Source: Candidatus Rifleibacteriota bacterium
Lineage (GTDB): Bacteria; Muiribacteriota; Ozemobacteria; Ozemobacterales; Ozemobacteraceae
Assembly (NCBI GenBank): GCA_905236675.1
Contig: CAJOND010000011.1
Location: forward strand, 26,102 to 90,101
DNA: 64,000 nucleotides
Direction of reading: 5' to 3'
Shown: positions 38,480 through 48,700 of the stretch, one piece after another
Layout: each line of letters opens with the position of its first letter
Numbering within the stretch: position 1 is the stretch's first letter
The notes under the pieces: model-generated
Database searches by the model: none
What the model was told of the DNA's origin: nothing
Seen by the model: the letters and a program-made list of their open reading frames with translations, nothing else
Position numbers and translations under genes: made by a program

Positions 38480-39195
38480 GAATCCAGAAACTTTTGGCGT
38501 CTTGGGGCATAGCTTCAAGACGCAATATAGAGAAATTCATTGAAGAAGGCCGAATATTCATAGACGGCGTAAAGTTGGAAGAACAAGGCTTTATTATTGA
38601 TGAAAACAATCTTCCAACAATTATGTTAGATGGGGAAAAATTAACCCCACCTTTAAAAACAGATTATACCATTCTACTTTTTAATAAACCTAAGTTAGTT
38701 ATTACAAGTTTAAAAGACGAAAAAAATCGCAGTTGTTTAGCCGATTATTTGCCAAAAAATAAACGTTTATATCCTGTAGGCCGCTTAGATTATGATTCTT
38801 CAGGTCTTCTTCTTATTACTGATTATGGTGAATTAACCAACAGACTTTTGCATCCTTCCTTTAAAGTTTCAAAAGAATATATTGTTAAAATTCAAGGTGA
38901 AATGCTTAAACAGCATGAGCTTAATATATTCTCTTCAGGAATAAATCTCGAAGATGGTTTAACAGCACCCTGCATTATTAAACCACACCAAACCCCTAAT
39001 ACTTATTCCGTAATAATAAAAGAAGGGCGAAAACGACAAGTTAGACGAATGTTTGATTATTTTGGCAGAAAAGTTATTAATTTACATCGTATAGCTTTTG
39101 GACCAATTAAACTTGGAAATTTACAGTCGGGTAAGTTGAGAAAAGTAACAAAAGAAGAAGAAACTGCTTTGTTAAAAACAACAGGATTGTTATAA
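38473..39195 (+). CDS. rRNA pseudouridine synthase, RsuA/RluB family
   Basis: S4 domain RIQKLLA..GIASRR, catalytic GRLDYDSSGLL, EGRKRQVRRM. Confidence 0.93.
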   Translation: MVRIQKLLASWGIASRRNIEKFIEEGRIFIDGVKLEEQGFIIDENNLPTIMLDGEKLTPPLKTDYTILLFNKPKLVITSLKDEKNRSCLADYLPKNKRLYPVGRLDYDSSGLLLITDYGELTNRLLHPSFKVSKEYIVKIQGEMLKQHELNIFSSGINLEDGLTAPCIIKPHQTPNTYSVIIKEGRKRQVRRMFDYFGRKVINLHRIAFGPIKLGNLQSGKLRKVTKEEETALLKTTGLL

Positions 39196-39291
39196 CTCAC
39201 ATAACATAATTTATACTTTATATTATTCTCTTATCTTTTGAACTTAAAATACATTAAACAAAGTGCTTACCTTTGTTTAGAAATACTTTAC

Positions 39292-39319
39292 TTGAACTTA
39301 AAGAAAAATATGATAAAAT
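39292..39319 (+). promoter_or_regulatory. Putative sigma70-type promoter for fliS
   Basis: TTGAAC-N16-TAAAAT with TG upstream of the -10 element. Confidence 0.4.
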
Positions 39320-39354
39320 TATAGTAGATAGTTTAAGGAATGAGAATATAAACG

Positions 39355-39798
39355 ATGGGTTACCCAACTTACACTCCAAAAAGTCAGAATGCTGCCAACT
39401 ATCAGAAAATAAAGATAGAAACGGCAACACCTGAAGCTTTGATATTGATGCTGTATGATGGAGCTCTAAAGTTTATGGCTCAAGCAGAGCTTGCTTTCGA
39501 GGAAAATAACATCGAAAAGATAAACAACTATCTGCTTAGAGTTCAAGCAATTTTCACAGAATTGCAATGTTCTTTAGACCGCGAAAAAGGTGGCGACATT
39601 GCTACCAACCTTGAACGTCTTTATATTTATTTCAACGGCCGTCTTGTTGAAGCAAATATGAAAAAAGATGTTAAGTATCTGTTAGAAATTAAACCTTTGG
39701 TTCAAAATCTTCGTGACACCTGGGAAGTCGCAATGCAAAAACATCAGTCGACACAGCAGGTGGCACCCCCCAGACCAAGGCTTAATCTGTCAGCTTAA
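39355..39798 (+). CDS. fliS: Flagellin export chaperone FliS
   Basis: Y...IETATPE.LILMLYDGA, L..SLD.EKGGDIA.NL..LY.Y, LRDTW. Confidence 0.95.
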   Translation: MGYPTYTPKSQNAANYQKIKIETATPEALILMLYDGALKFMAQAELAFEENNIEKINNYLLRVQAIFTELQCSLDREKGGDIATNLERLYIYFNGRLVEANMKKDVKYLLEIKPLVQNLRDTWEVAMQKHQSTQQVAPPRPRLNLSA

Positions 39799-39819
39799 AA
39801 CATTTTAGGAGGTGTATTC

Positions 39820-39996
39820 ATGAGTGGAGTAAGTGGTGTTTCTTCTAATACAGCTGCCTCTTTGATGCAGGTTCTTGATGATTCTATGAAATCACAAACC
39901 GATATGGCTGAAAAAATGGTAAAAATTGCCACCGAAGAGCAGGTTCAAGCTCAACAGCTTTCTTTAATAGGTCAAGTTATAGATAGGTATGTCTGA
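39820..39996 (+). CDS. Small 58-aa protein, YjfB-like putative motility protein (absent from the ORF track)
   Basis: AGGAGG RBS; MSGVSGVSSNTAASLMQVLDDSMKSQTDMAEKMVKIATEEQVQAQQLSLIGQVIDRYV; C-terminal G..ID..V resembles YjfB family; follows fliS. Confidence 0.7.
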   Translation: MSGVSGVSSNTAASLMQVLDDSMKSQTDMAEKMVKIATEEQVQAQQLSLIGQVIDRYV

Positions 39997-41641
39997 TCTT
40001 GGCATTATTTATTATGCCGATGGCCTAATAAATCTATACCGAAACAATATCGATTTATCTAAACCCGTCTGGAAAGAACAAAATTCTTTTCAGATTCTGG
40101 TTAGACGTTTATCAAATATTCAAACATCAAAATCTGTTCTGATTTTACCAGAACAGATTTGTTCTTTTTTTTCACCTGCTGCCAAGTCTCTAAATATTGA
40201 TTTACTACCATTTAATACTTCCAAAATACTTGAAAAACCCTATGCTCTAAATCAGCAGCACTGGTTTCTAGAAAACTCCAGCGGTAACGATTCCTGGTAT
40301 GGGGAATCATTTGCTAAAACTTTTGAAAAATACAGATGGAAAACAGCGATACTTATACCTCTAACAAATCTTCTTATAGATGCAAAAGATGTTGAAGAAA
40401 GCTTAAACTTATATTTTAACGAAGGCTTTGAAGTCTGCTTAATAGAAGAAAGAATATCCGGCGCAGAATGGGCAATTTTTGACAGAGATCTTATTTTAGG
40501 TTTATACAGAAGCCATCCAGAAATAATGACCAGTCGGGGAACTCTTTTCTGGGCTATAAAAAAGCCTCTATACCCATTTAAAGTAGGAATTTATCATTGT
40601 CCAAGAATAAGACCTTCCATAAATGCAAATCTTAAGCTTAATTCACTGAGAGCTCTAAACTGTTATTCGTCTTTAACTTTAGATAACTTTGATTCTCCAG
40701 ATTTCTCTTATGAAAACTTCATAAATAATTCTGGTTGGGAAAAAGCTTATCTGGATTATGCTCCTATTCAAATAAATGTAGAGCCTTCCTCTTTTTGCAA
40801 TGCCAGATGTTTAGATTGTCCCAATACTTTATTAAAACGAAATAAAAGTTTCTTAAACCAAGACTTATTTAAAAAAGCTATTTCCGATATTCAAGACAAA
40901 GACCAAAGAATAGTTTTTTCTGGAGTAGGAGAACCTCTGCTGAATAATAAAATAAATGAAATAATAACATCTGCTAATGATTTTTGTACAACTCTATATA
41001 CTTCTCTGCAAATTATGCCCGATGAATACTTCCCCTATAAATCTCTTGACCATATAAGAATTAGTATAGATTCTGATATTAAAAACAGCTTTGAAAAAAT
41101 AAGAAATGGCTGTTCATGGCAAAACATAGAAGATTTTATAGAAAAATGCTCTAATCTAAAAGAAACATATGAAACAATATTTCCAGAAATAGGTCTTGAT
41201 TTTGTACGTAGAAATGTTTCAGAAGCCGATATTATGCCTTTTTTAAAAAAATGGCGGAAAAAATGTAAACCTGTGTTTAAAGATGATTTTTTCCGATGGC
41301 CTTACAGTAATAAACCTGATGAAATAAGCTGGTATCAAATAAGTAAACAATCAAACTACTGTGGTGCTTCAAAAGACACTTCTACAGTCAGCTACGAACC
41401 CTTTAAACGCAGAATTTGCAGAAATGCTTTCGATCTAACTATTTTAAGCAATGGAAATGTTACTGCATGTCCTTTTGATACTGAGGGCAATCTTTTTTGC
41501 CTTGGCAATATCAAAGATAATACTTTATTAGAAATCTGGAATTTTGATAAATCAAAAGAATGGCGTGAAAAACATTTGAAAAAAAATTTCTATAATAATT
41601 CTTACTGTTATAACTGCCACGATTGGTATAATTATTTTTAA
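39989..41641 (+). CDS. Radical SAM/SPASM protein with degenerate nucleotidyltransferase-like N-domain (spiro-SPASM-like architecture)
   Basis: CNARCLDC, SGVGEPLL, SPASM C...ILSNGNV.AC.FD...LGNI...EIW...CYNC. Confidence 0.8.
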   Translation: MSDLGIIYYADGLINLYRNNIDLSKPVWKEQNSFQILVRRLSNIQTSKSVLILPEQICSFFSPAAKSLNIDLLPFNTSKILEKPYALNQQHWFLENSSGNDSWYGESFAKTFEKYRWKTAILIPLTNLLIDAKDVEESLNLYFNEGFEVCLIEERISGAEWAIFDRDLILGLYRSHPEIMTSRGTLFWAIKKPLYPFKVGIYHCPRIRPSINANLKLNSLRALNCYSSLTLDNFDSPDFSYENFINNSGWEKAYLDYAPIQINVEPSSFCNARCLDCPNTLLKRNKSFLNQDLFKKAISDIQDKDQRIVFSGVGEPLLNNKINEIITSANDFCTTLYTSLQIMPDEYFPYKSLDHIRISIDSDIKNSFEKIRNGCSWQNIEDFIEKCSNLKETYETIFPEIGLDFVRRNVSEADIMPFLKKWRKKCKPVFKDDFFRWPYSNKPDEISWYQISKQSNYCGASKDTSTVSYEPFKRRICRNAFDLTILSNGNVTACPFDTEGNLFCLGNIKDNTLLEIWNFDKSKEWREKHLKKNFYNNSYCYNCHDWYNYF

Positions 41642-41795
41642 TTGATTAACTTATCATCTTGCTTATTTATTCTATTTTATACTCAATGATTATTAAGATT
41701 TTTTATATGATTAATAATTAAAAACTGTGAAATATTAAAAGTTGTGGTAATATGGTACACTAATATCCTAGTTATATTTTATCAAGGAAAGATTG

Positions 41796-43355
41796 ATGAA
41801 CAGCAAACTTAATCTAGATTTTGGCTTAGTTGAAAAAGCAAGAAATTATGCCCGTGACATAGCTGGTGACACACAGCGTTTTATTGAAAAACACACTAGT
41901 GTAACTATAGAAAGAACCTGTGCAAGGTTACTGGGAATAGACGGCATAGATGAAAACGGGGTACCTTTACCTAATGTGATTGTTGATTGCATAAAAAATG
42001 CTAATGGACTTTCTTTAGGATTATCAGTTTACTTAGGCAACGCAATTATTCAAACAGGCAAAACTCCCCAACAAATTGCTGAAGCTGTTTCTAAAAAAGA
42101 ATTAGATATAACAAAACTTAAAATGGCTGATATGTTTGAAATAAAAGCCAAAATTAATGAAATAGCTTCTCAAACTGTTGAACGAATCAGAAACAATAGA
42201 AGAAATCGAAATAAATACTTAGAAAAATTTGGAGATAAAAAAGGTCCTTATCTCTACGTTATAGTCGCAACAGGAAATATATACGAAGATATAACCCAAG
42301 CAAAAGCAGCAGCAAAACAAGGTGCGGATATTATAGCTGTTATCAGAACAACTGGTCAGAGCCTTTTAGATTATGTCCCTTATGGTGCTACAACCGAAGG
42401 TTTTGGTGGAACTTATGCTACTCAGGAAAATTTCAGGCTTATGCGAAAAGCATTAGATGAAGTTTCTGAAGAATTAGGAAGATACATAAGACTTTGCAAT
42501 TATTGTTCTGGTTTATGTATGCCTGAAATAGCTGCAATGGGAGCATTAGAACGCCTGGATGTCATGTTGAATGATGCTTTATATGGAATTCTTTTCAGAG
42601 ACATCAACATGAAACGCACTCTCATAGACCAGTATTTTTCAAGAATAATAAATGGTTTTGCCGGAGTAATTATTAATACAGGTGAAGATAACTATTTAAC
42701 TACATCAGATGCAGTTGAAGAAGCTCATACCGTTCTTGCCTCACAATTCATCAATGAACAGTTTGCCTTAGTTTCTGGAATTCCAGAAGAACAGATGGGG
42801 TTAGGCCATGCATTTGAAATAGACCCTAGTTTAAAGAACGGCTTTTTATTTGAACTAGCTCAAGCCCAAATGGCCAGAGAAATCTTTCCTAAAGCTCCTT
42901 TAAAATATATGCCTCCAACAAAGTTCATGACCGGCAACATATTCAGAGGTCATGTTCAGGATGCACTATTTAATATGGTTACAATTCTTACAGGTCAAAA
43001 GCTTCATTTGCTAGGTATGCTGACAGAAGCTATCCACACGCCTTTAATGTCAGACCGAGCCTTATCTATTGAAAATGCAAGTTATATATTTAATACTATG
43101 GCAGATTTAGGCAATGAAATAGAATTTAAAAAAGACGGCATAATGAGTCAAAGAGCCAATGAAGTCCTAAAAAAAGCCTGCGAGATGCTTTCACAGATAA
43201 AAGAAGAAGGCTTGTTCAAAACATTGGAACAAGGCAAATTTGCTGGTGTAAAAAGACCTATTGATGGTGGAAAAGGTCTTAATGGTGTTACAGAAAAACA
43301 TCAAGATTATTATAACCCCTTTATTGAATTGATGTTGAAGGGAGAAAGAGTATGA
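41796..43355 (+). CDS. kamD: Lysine 5,6-aminomutase alpha subunit
   Basis: YVIVATGNIYED, AVIRTTGQSLLDYVPYGAT.EGFGGT.ATQENF, KYMPPTK. Confidence 0.96.
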   Translation: MNSKLNLDFGLVEKARNYARDIAGDTQRFIEKHTSVTIERTCARLLGIDGIDENGVPLPNVIVDCIKNANGLSLGLSVYLGNAIIQTGKTPQQIAEAVSKKELDITKLKMADMFEIKAKINEIASQTVERIRNNRRNRNKYLEKFGDKKGPYLYVIVATGNIYEDITQAKAAAKQGADIIAVIRTTGQSLLDYVPYGATTEGFGGTYATQENFRLMRKALDEVSEELGRYIRLCNYCSGLCMPEIAAMGALERLDVMLNDALYGILFRDINMKRTLIDQYFSRIINGFAGVIINTGEDNYLTTSDAVEEAHTVLASQFINEQFALVSGIPEEQMGLGHAFEIDPSLKNGFLFELAQAQMAREIFPKAPLKYMPPTKFMTGNIFRGHVQDALFNMVTILTGQKLHLLGMLTEAIHTPLMSDRALSIENASYIFNTMADLGNEIEFKKDGIMSQRANEVLKKACEMLSQIKEEGLFKTLEQGKFAGVKRPIDGGKGLNGVTEKHQDYYNPFIELMLKGERV

Positions 43356-44140
43356 GCAGCGGTTTATATTCTACAAAAGCAAAAGATTTTACCCAAAAGC
43401 TAGACTTGACAAAGCTAAAGCCTTATGGCGACACAATGAATGATGGAAAAACACAGGTCAGTTTTACACTGCCAGTTCCAGATGACGACCGTTCATTAGA
43501 AGCAGCCAGACAATTAGCTGCCAAAATGGGTTTAGATGATGTACAGGTATGTTTTCATCAAGCTCTGGATAAAAACTTCACTTTTTACATAGCTTATGGC
43601 AATTTAACTCACTCTGTTGATATTACTTCCATTAAAGTAAATACTATTCAATCTGAAGTCCTGGATATGCATTCTATTGATGAATTCATCAAAGAAAAAA
43701 TAGGACGAAATCTTATAGTAATTGGTGCAAGTACAGGAACAGATGCCCATACTGTTGGCATAGATGCAATTATGAATATGAAAGGTTATGCTGGTCATTA
43801 TGGTCTTGAACGTTACCAAATGATTGATGCTTATAACTTGGGCAGTCAGGTCGATAACCATGATTTCATAAAAAAAGCAGTAGAACTAAATGCTGATGTT
43901 TTGCTTGTTTCTCAAACTGTTACCCAAAAAGACATTCATATCACAAATATGGTTGATTTAGTAGAACAACTTGAAGCAGCAAATCTTAGAGATAGATTTA
44001 TACTAATAGCTGGAGGTCCGAGAATCACTAATGATTTAGCAAAAGAATTAGGTTATGATGCAGGATTTGGTCCTGGCAAATATTCTGAAGACGTTGCCTC
44101 ATTTTTTATTGATGAATTTGTGAAAAGAAAAATGAAATGA
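43352..44140 (+). CDS. kamE: Lysine 5,6-aminomutase beta subunit (B12/PLP-binding)
   Basis: KPYGDTMNDG, DAHTVGIDAIMNMKG, SQTVTQK, GYDAGFGPG. Confidence 0.96.
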   Translation: MSSGLYSTKAKDFTQKLDLTKLKPYGDTMNDGKTQVSFTLPVPDDDRSLEAARQLAAKMGLDDVQVCFHQALDKNFTFYIAYGNLTHSVDITSIKVNTIQSEVLDMHSIDEFIKEKIGRNLIVIGASTGTDAHTVGIDAIMNMKGYAGHYGLERYQMIDAYNLGSQVDNHDFIKKAVELNADVLLVSQTVTQKDIHITNMVDLVEQLEAANLRDRFILIAGGPRITNDLAKELGYDAGFGPGKYSEDVASFFIDEFVKRKMK

Positions 44141-44299
44141 TATACTATAAATCGTTAAATACCATTAATATGGTTGATTGTCACACTGGAAACAGTAAGC
44201 TTTCTAAAAGATAGAGAAGTTTAAAAAAAATCTTTGATTAACTTCGATATTTTATATATTATTTAGCGTATTTAAGAAATATAATTAGAGAATTAAATA

Positions 44300-44878
44300 A
44301 TGAAAATAACAGAGTTTTTATCAAACTTTATAAAGCACCCAGGCTGCGTAGGGGCCATAGCACCCAGTACAGAAAATTTAGCAGTCCAAATGGTTGCTCC
44401 TGTAGATTTAAAAAACGTTGAAACACTTGTAGAATATGGTCCAGGGACAGGTGTTTTTACAAAGTATATTTCAGATAGAATAGACCATAAAAAGACTATG
44501 TTTTTTAGTCTCGAAATAGACGATAAGATGTTTGAAGTTTCTACAGAAGCTGTTCCTGATGTTGAAATAATAAAAGATTCCGCTTCTAATGTGTGTGACC
44601 AATTGAAAAAGCATGGTAAAGAATATGCAGACGCTATTATCAGCGGTTTGCCCTTTGCAATATTCCCATATAAACTTCAGGATGAGATAATTGACGCTAC
44701 TGTTGAAGCACTACCAAAAGGCGGAATTTTTACAACTTTTACATATTTTCATGGTTTTTATCTTCCAGGAGCTTGTAGAATTAGAAAAGTACTAAAAATG
44801 AATTTTTCTGAATTTCATTTAAGTCCTGTAGTATGGAATAACTTTCCTCCAGCGATAGTTTATTGGTGTAAAAAATAG
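44300..44878 (+). CDS. SAM-dependent methyltransferase (phospholipid N-methyltransferase-like)
   Basis: VGAIAPS, VEYGPGTGVFT, IISGLP, NFPPA. Confidence 0.85.
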   Translation: MKITEFLSNFIKHPGCVGAIAPSTENLAVQMVAPVDLKNVETLVEYGPGTGVFTKYISDRIDHKKTMFFSLEIDDKMFEVSTEAVPDVEIIKDSASNVCDQLKKHGKEYADAIISGLPFAIFPYKLQDEIIDATVEALPKGGIFTTFTYFHGFYLPGACRIRKVLKMNFSEFHLSPVVWNNFPPAIVYWCKK

Positions 44879-44885
44879 CATTATA

Positions 44886-45692
44886 ATGAAACAATATTTA
44901 GTAACCATAATAATCCTCGCGGTTAGTTTTTTTACTAGTAATTCATTATTTGCTGATTCTTCAAATTCCTATTTTTTTTATATCAAAAATAAAGAAACTC
45001 CTATTCCATATTCCAAATATCATTATGGTTATTTAAAAGGTATTGAAGTCAAAATAACACCTGAAAAACTAGAAATACCATCAGGATCAATAGCAACTTT
45101 TACCGTTACTTTAACAAATAAAAACAAATATCCAATAACTATTGATTATCCCACAGGACGCGAATGGGATATGTTTGTCACTTATAATGAGAGACCTATT
45201 TTCAGATGGTCAAATGGTTTCAGATGGGAAGAAGCACCTCATTCTATCGCTTTAATGCCAAAAGAATCAAGAAGTCAGACATTTACCTGGGTTGCTGTAA
45301 ATAAAACAGGAGATCCACTTTATCAAGGAATTTATAAATGTGTTGGCTTAGTAACAAGCTCTCCAAAAATTATAGTTTCTAATGCTGTTAAAATCAGACT
45401 TACACCGCCTTCTGTTGTGGCTAGAAAAACAATAAAAACAAACTTGAATCAATGTTTTGAAATAGAATTACCAAGATTTTCCGATAATCAGGAATTAAAA
45501 TGGGAAATTATTTACCGTAATAACGACAATAGAATTGGTTTAACAAGTAAAAAAATCAAGTCTAACTCTTTTGTTTATACATTTATGCCAAAAAGATTAG
45601 GTCATGTTGAATTTGATTTGTATGCTTTCCCACATATTTTAAACAATAAAGTTTCTTTGGAACGTCGCTCTTACCGTATAGAAGTTGAGTAA
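44886..45692 (+). CDS. Exported protein with BsuPI-like proteinase inhibitor domain and C-terminal chagasin-like Ig domain
   Basis: Signal peptide; TLTN....I.I.YPTG..WD..V......FRWS pattern; C-terminal FEIELP...W...F.P...G. Confidence 0.55.
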   Translation: MKQYLVTIIILAVSFFTSNSLFADSSNSYFFYIKNKETPIPYSKYHYGYLKGIEVKITPEKLEIPSGSIATFTVTLTNKNKYPITIDYPTGREWDMFVTYNERPIFRWSNGFRWEEAPHSIALMPKESRSQTFTWVAVNKTGDPLYQGIYKCVGLVTSSPKIIVSNAVKIRLTPPSVVARKTIKTNLNQCFEIELPRFSDNQELKWEIIYRNNDNRIGLTSKKIKSNSFVYTFMPKRLGHVEFDLYAFPHILNNKVSLERRSYRIEVE

Positions 45693-45709
45693 AAAAGTCG
45701 GAGGAAATT

Positions 45710-48700
45710 ATGCCCACACCTACCACAAATAAAGTTTCTGTAGAAAACCTGCTTTTGCAAAAAAATCTAATTACTGCTGAACAATTAGAAAAAGCCAAAA
45801 ATATTCAATCACAGACTTTAGAAAAATTAGAAGACGTTATCGTCAGATTAGGTTATTTAACAGAAAAACAAATATTAGAAGTATGGGCGGAAATATTAGG
45901 GTCTACCGTAGTTGATTTAACAAACATTAAAATAGACGCAAAACTACTTTCTCTGATTCCAGAATATAATGCAAAACAATACAGAATGATTCCCTATAAA
46001 AAAGAAGGGAATAAGCTCACTGTTGTTATGGCTGACCCGTTCGACATCATGGCAACAGATATGATTGCCTTTTTAACCCAATGTAAATTAGAGGTTTTTA
46101 TCGCTTCTAAAAACCAAATAGATCTAGCTATTCGTCAGCTTTATTCTTGGGAAGGTTTTTCTTCTGGAGGTGACGAATCAATTAAGAGTCAAGAAGAACC
46201 AGACCTCAAAGATAAAGGCATAGACATAGAAAAGAAAACCTCAGAACAGGGAGCTGTAGTTAGATTTCTTGACGCAGTATTCAAACAGGCTATCTTAAAA
46301 AGAGCTTCTGATATTCACGTTGAACCAAGAGAAGAAATGCTTCTCGTCAGATTTAGAATAGATGGTATTCTTCATGATGCAATGACAGGACCTAAAAGCC
46401 TGTTGGCACCACTAATCAGTAGAATAAAAATTCTTTCACACCTTGATATAGCCGAACGACGTTTGCCTCAAGATGGCCGTCTGAAAGTTAAGATGCAAGA
46501 TAATGAAGTAGACTTCCGTGTAAGCACTGTTCCTAGTCTTTTAGGAGAAAAAGCTGTTCTTCGTTTACTTCAAAGAGAATCAAAATTTGATTTGGATAAC
46601 ATTGGCTTTTTCCCCGATGATTTAAAAAGATTAAAATCTGCCTTAGACGAACCTTACGGACTTATTTTAGTTACAGGACCTACGGGAGCAGGTAAAACCA
46701 CTACGCTTTTTGGTATGTTGAAATACTTTAACAATAGTGAAATCAATATTTTTACTATTGAAAATCCTGTTGAATACAGAATATCAGGCATTACCCAAGT
46801 TCAAATCAACGACAAAATAGGTTTAGACTTCGCTACTGGTCTGAGAACGGCTTTGCGTCAAGACCCAGATGTTATTCTAGTCGGAGAAATTCGTGACTTA
46901 GAAACAGCAGATATAGCATTCAGAGCATCTCTGACTGGTCATAAAGTTCTTTCTACAATACATACTAATAATGCTCCCGCAACTATAAACCGACTTATCA
47001 ATATGGGAGTTCCTGCATATCTGGTAACAGCAGCAGTCAGAGTTGTTATTTCACAAAAGCTTCTTCATAAAAACTGTCCTTACTGCTCGACAGAATATAA
47101 ACCATCACCTAGTGTAATTCAAAGACTTGGTATTTCACCAGCTAAGATAATTGGTACAAAATTCTATAAAGGCGTTGGTTGTCGAGAATGTAATAAAACA
47201 GGTATTCATGGAAGAATTGGCGTTTATGAAGTAATGGTTGTTACCAACTCTATCAAGAACGTTATTATGGAAGGTGGCACTGAAAACGCCATTAAACGTG
47301 TTGCCAGGTTAGAAGGAATGAGAACACTCCGTGAAAGTGCCTTAGAAGTGGCAATGAAAGGTGAATCGACTTTAGAAGAAGTAATTTATGTTACTCCAAC
47401 AGATGAAGAAGAAAAGACTTTGTCTATTCCTGGATTAACTTCTAGTGGAAATTACGGAAATATAAACAGCTTCATCATGCCAGTTCAAATGCCAGTTCAA
47501 ATGCCGCCTCAAGCGATGATTCAAAGAGATAATCAGGCTCAAATTCCTAATATTCCAACTCCAAATCCATCCACACAATATAATAAACCCACATTAGATC
47601 TGAATGATCCAGTAACAAAAACTATCATTTCTGCAATAGAAAAGAATTTCTTGTTCTTGAATGATGAAAAACTTGCCGACCAACTCCATCTTCCTGTGCT
47701 TCAAATAAAAGAATTAATGCAAGCTAAAGGCCTAGAAAGAAATGCAGAAAATTTTGCCACACATTTTGGCGGTGAAGTCTCCGAGTTTAACGAATCAAAC
47801 ATTGGCGAAATCATAGAAATGATAAATGCCCAAGAAGGAGAAATACCTGCATTTATTCTTGCAGATGAAAAATTAGCTCCTCTATGGGTTTCTCAAGCTG
47901 TTAAAGTTTCTCTAGAAAAAATAAAGAATAAATTAACAAAACCAGAAGATCTGGTAAGAGAATTTGATGAAAGTTTTATCTATAATAACAATCTTGGTCA
48001 AGTTTATGAATGGGCAAACAGAAGCCGCTTTAAATTAATTGAGCTTGCAATGCCAGGAAAATTTAAAGCTTGGCAGTTTGGTGAAATAGAATTATGGCTT
48101 GAAAGCAAAGATTTGCAAAGCTGTACAAGAGAAGCCCTTATGTGGCTAATGAATGAAAAACTTCAATGCAATCGTGGAGACCTTCCATCATTGTTAAATA
48201 AACAAGTATTTATTGACAACGGTTTAGAAGCCCTATTAGACAAATATGACGGTTCTTGTTTCCGTCTTGTAGACCAGGTATATCCAGGAATATTTAAACA
48301 ATGGCAATTCACAGAAGAAGAACAATTGCTTTGGTTCCAGGAAAACCGTATGCAGATTGCTGCAGAAGCAACAAAATGGCTTATAGAAGATCGTCTAGGT
48401 ATTCCTTATGAAGATATTCCTAAAAGAATTTCTGTAAGAGAATTCCATATGAACGGATTGTCTAAACTTCTTGATTTGTTCAATCAAAATCTGTTCCAAG
48501 TCATTGAAAATGCATACCCAGAACAGTTCAAGCCTTGGCAATTCAGTGAACAAAACGAAATCTGGAAGTCTAGTAATTCACTTGAAATAGCAAAACAAGC
48601 TACTCAATGGCTAATTAGCGAAAAGCTTCATATTACCAACGAAAAAGCTGTTACCTATTTGACAAGACGACACTTCATAAGTAATGGGCTAGGTCAAATG

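Noticed and set aside
39820-39996. Classical Cys-rich sactipeptide/ranthipeptide precursor for the adjacent SPASM enzyme
   Set aside because: The peptide has no Cys, looks YjfB-like, and no RiPP transporter or peptidase is nearby. It is kept only as a general modification hypothesis.
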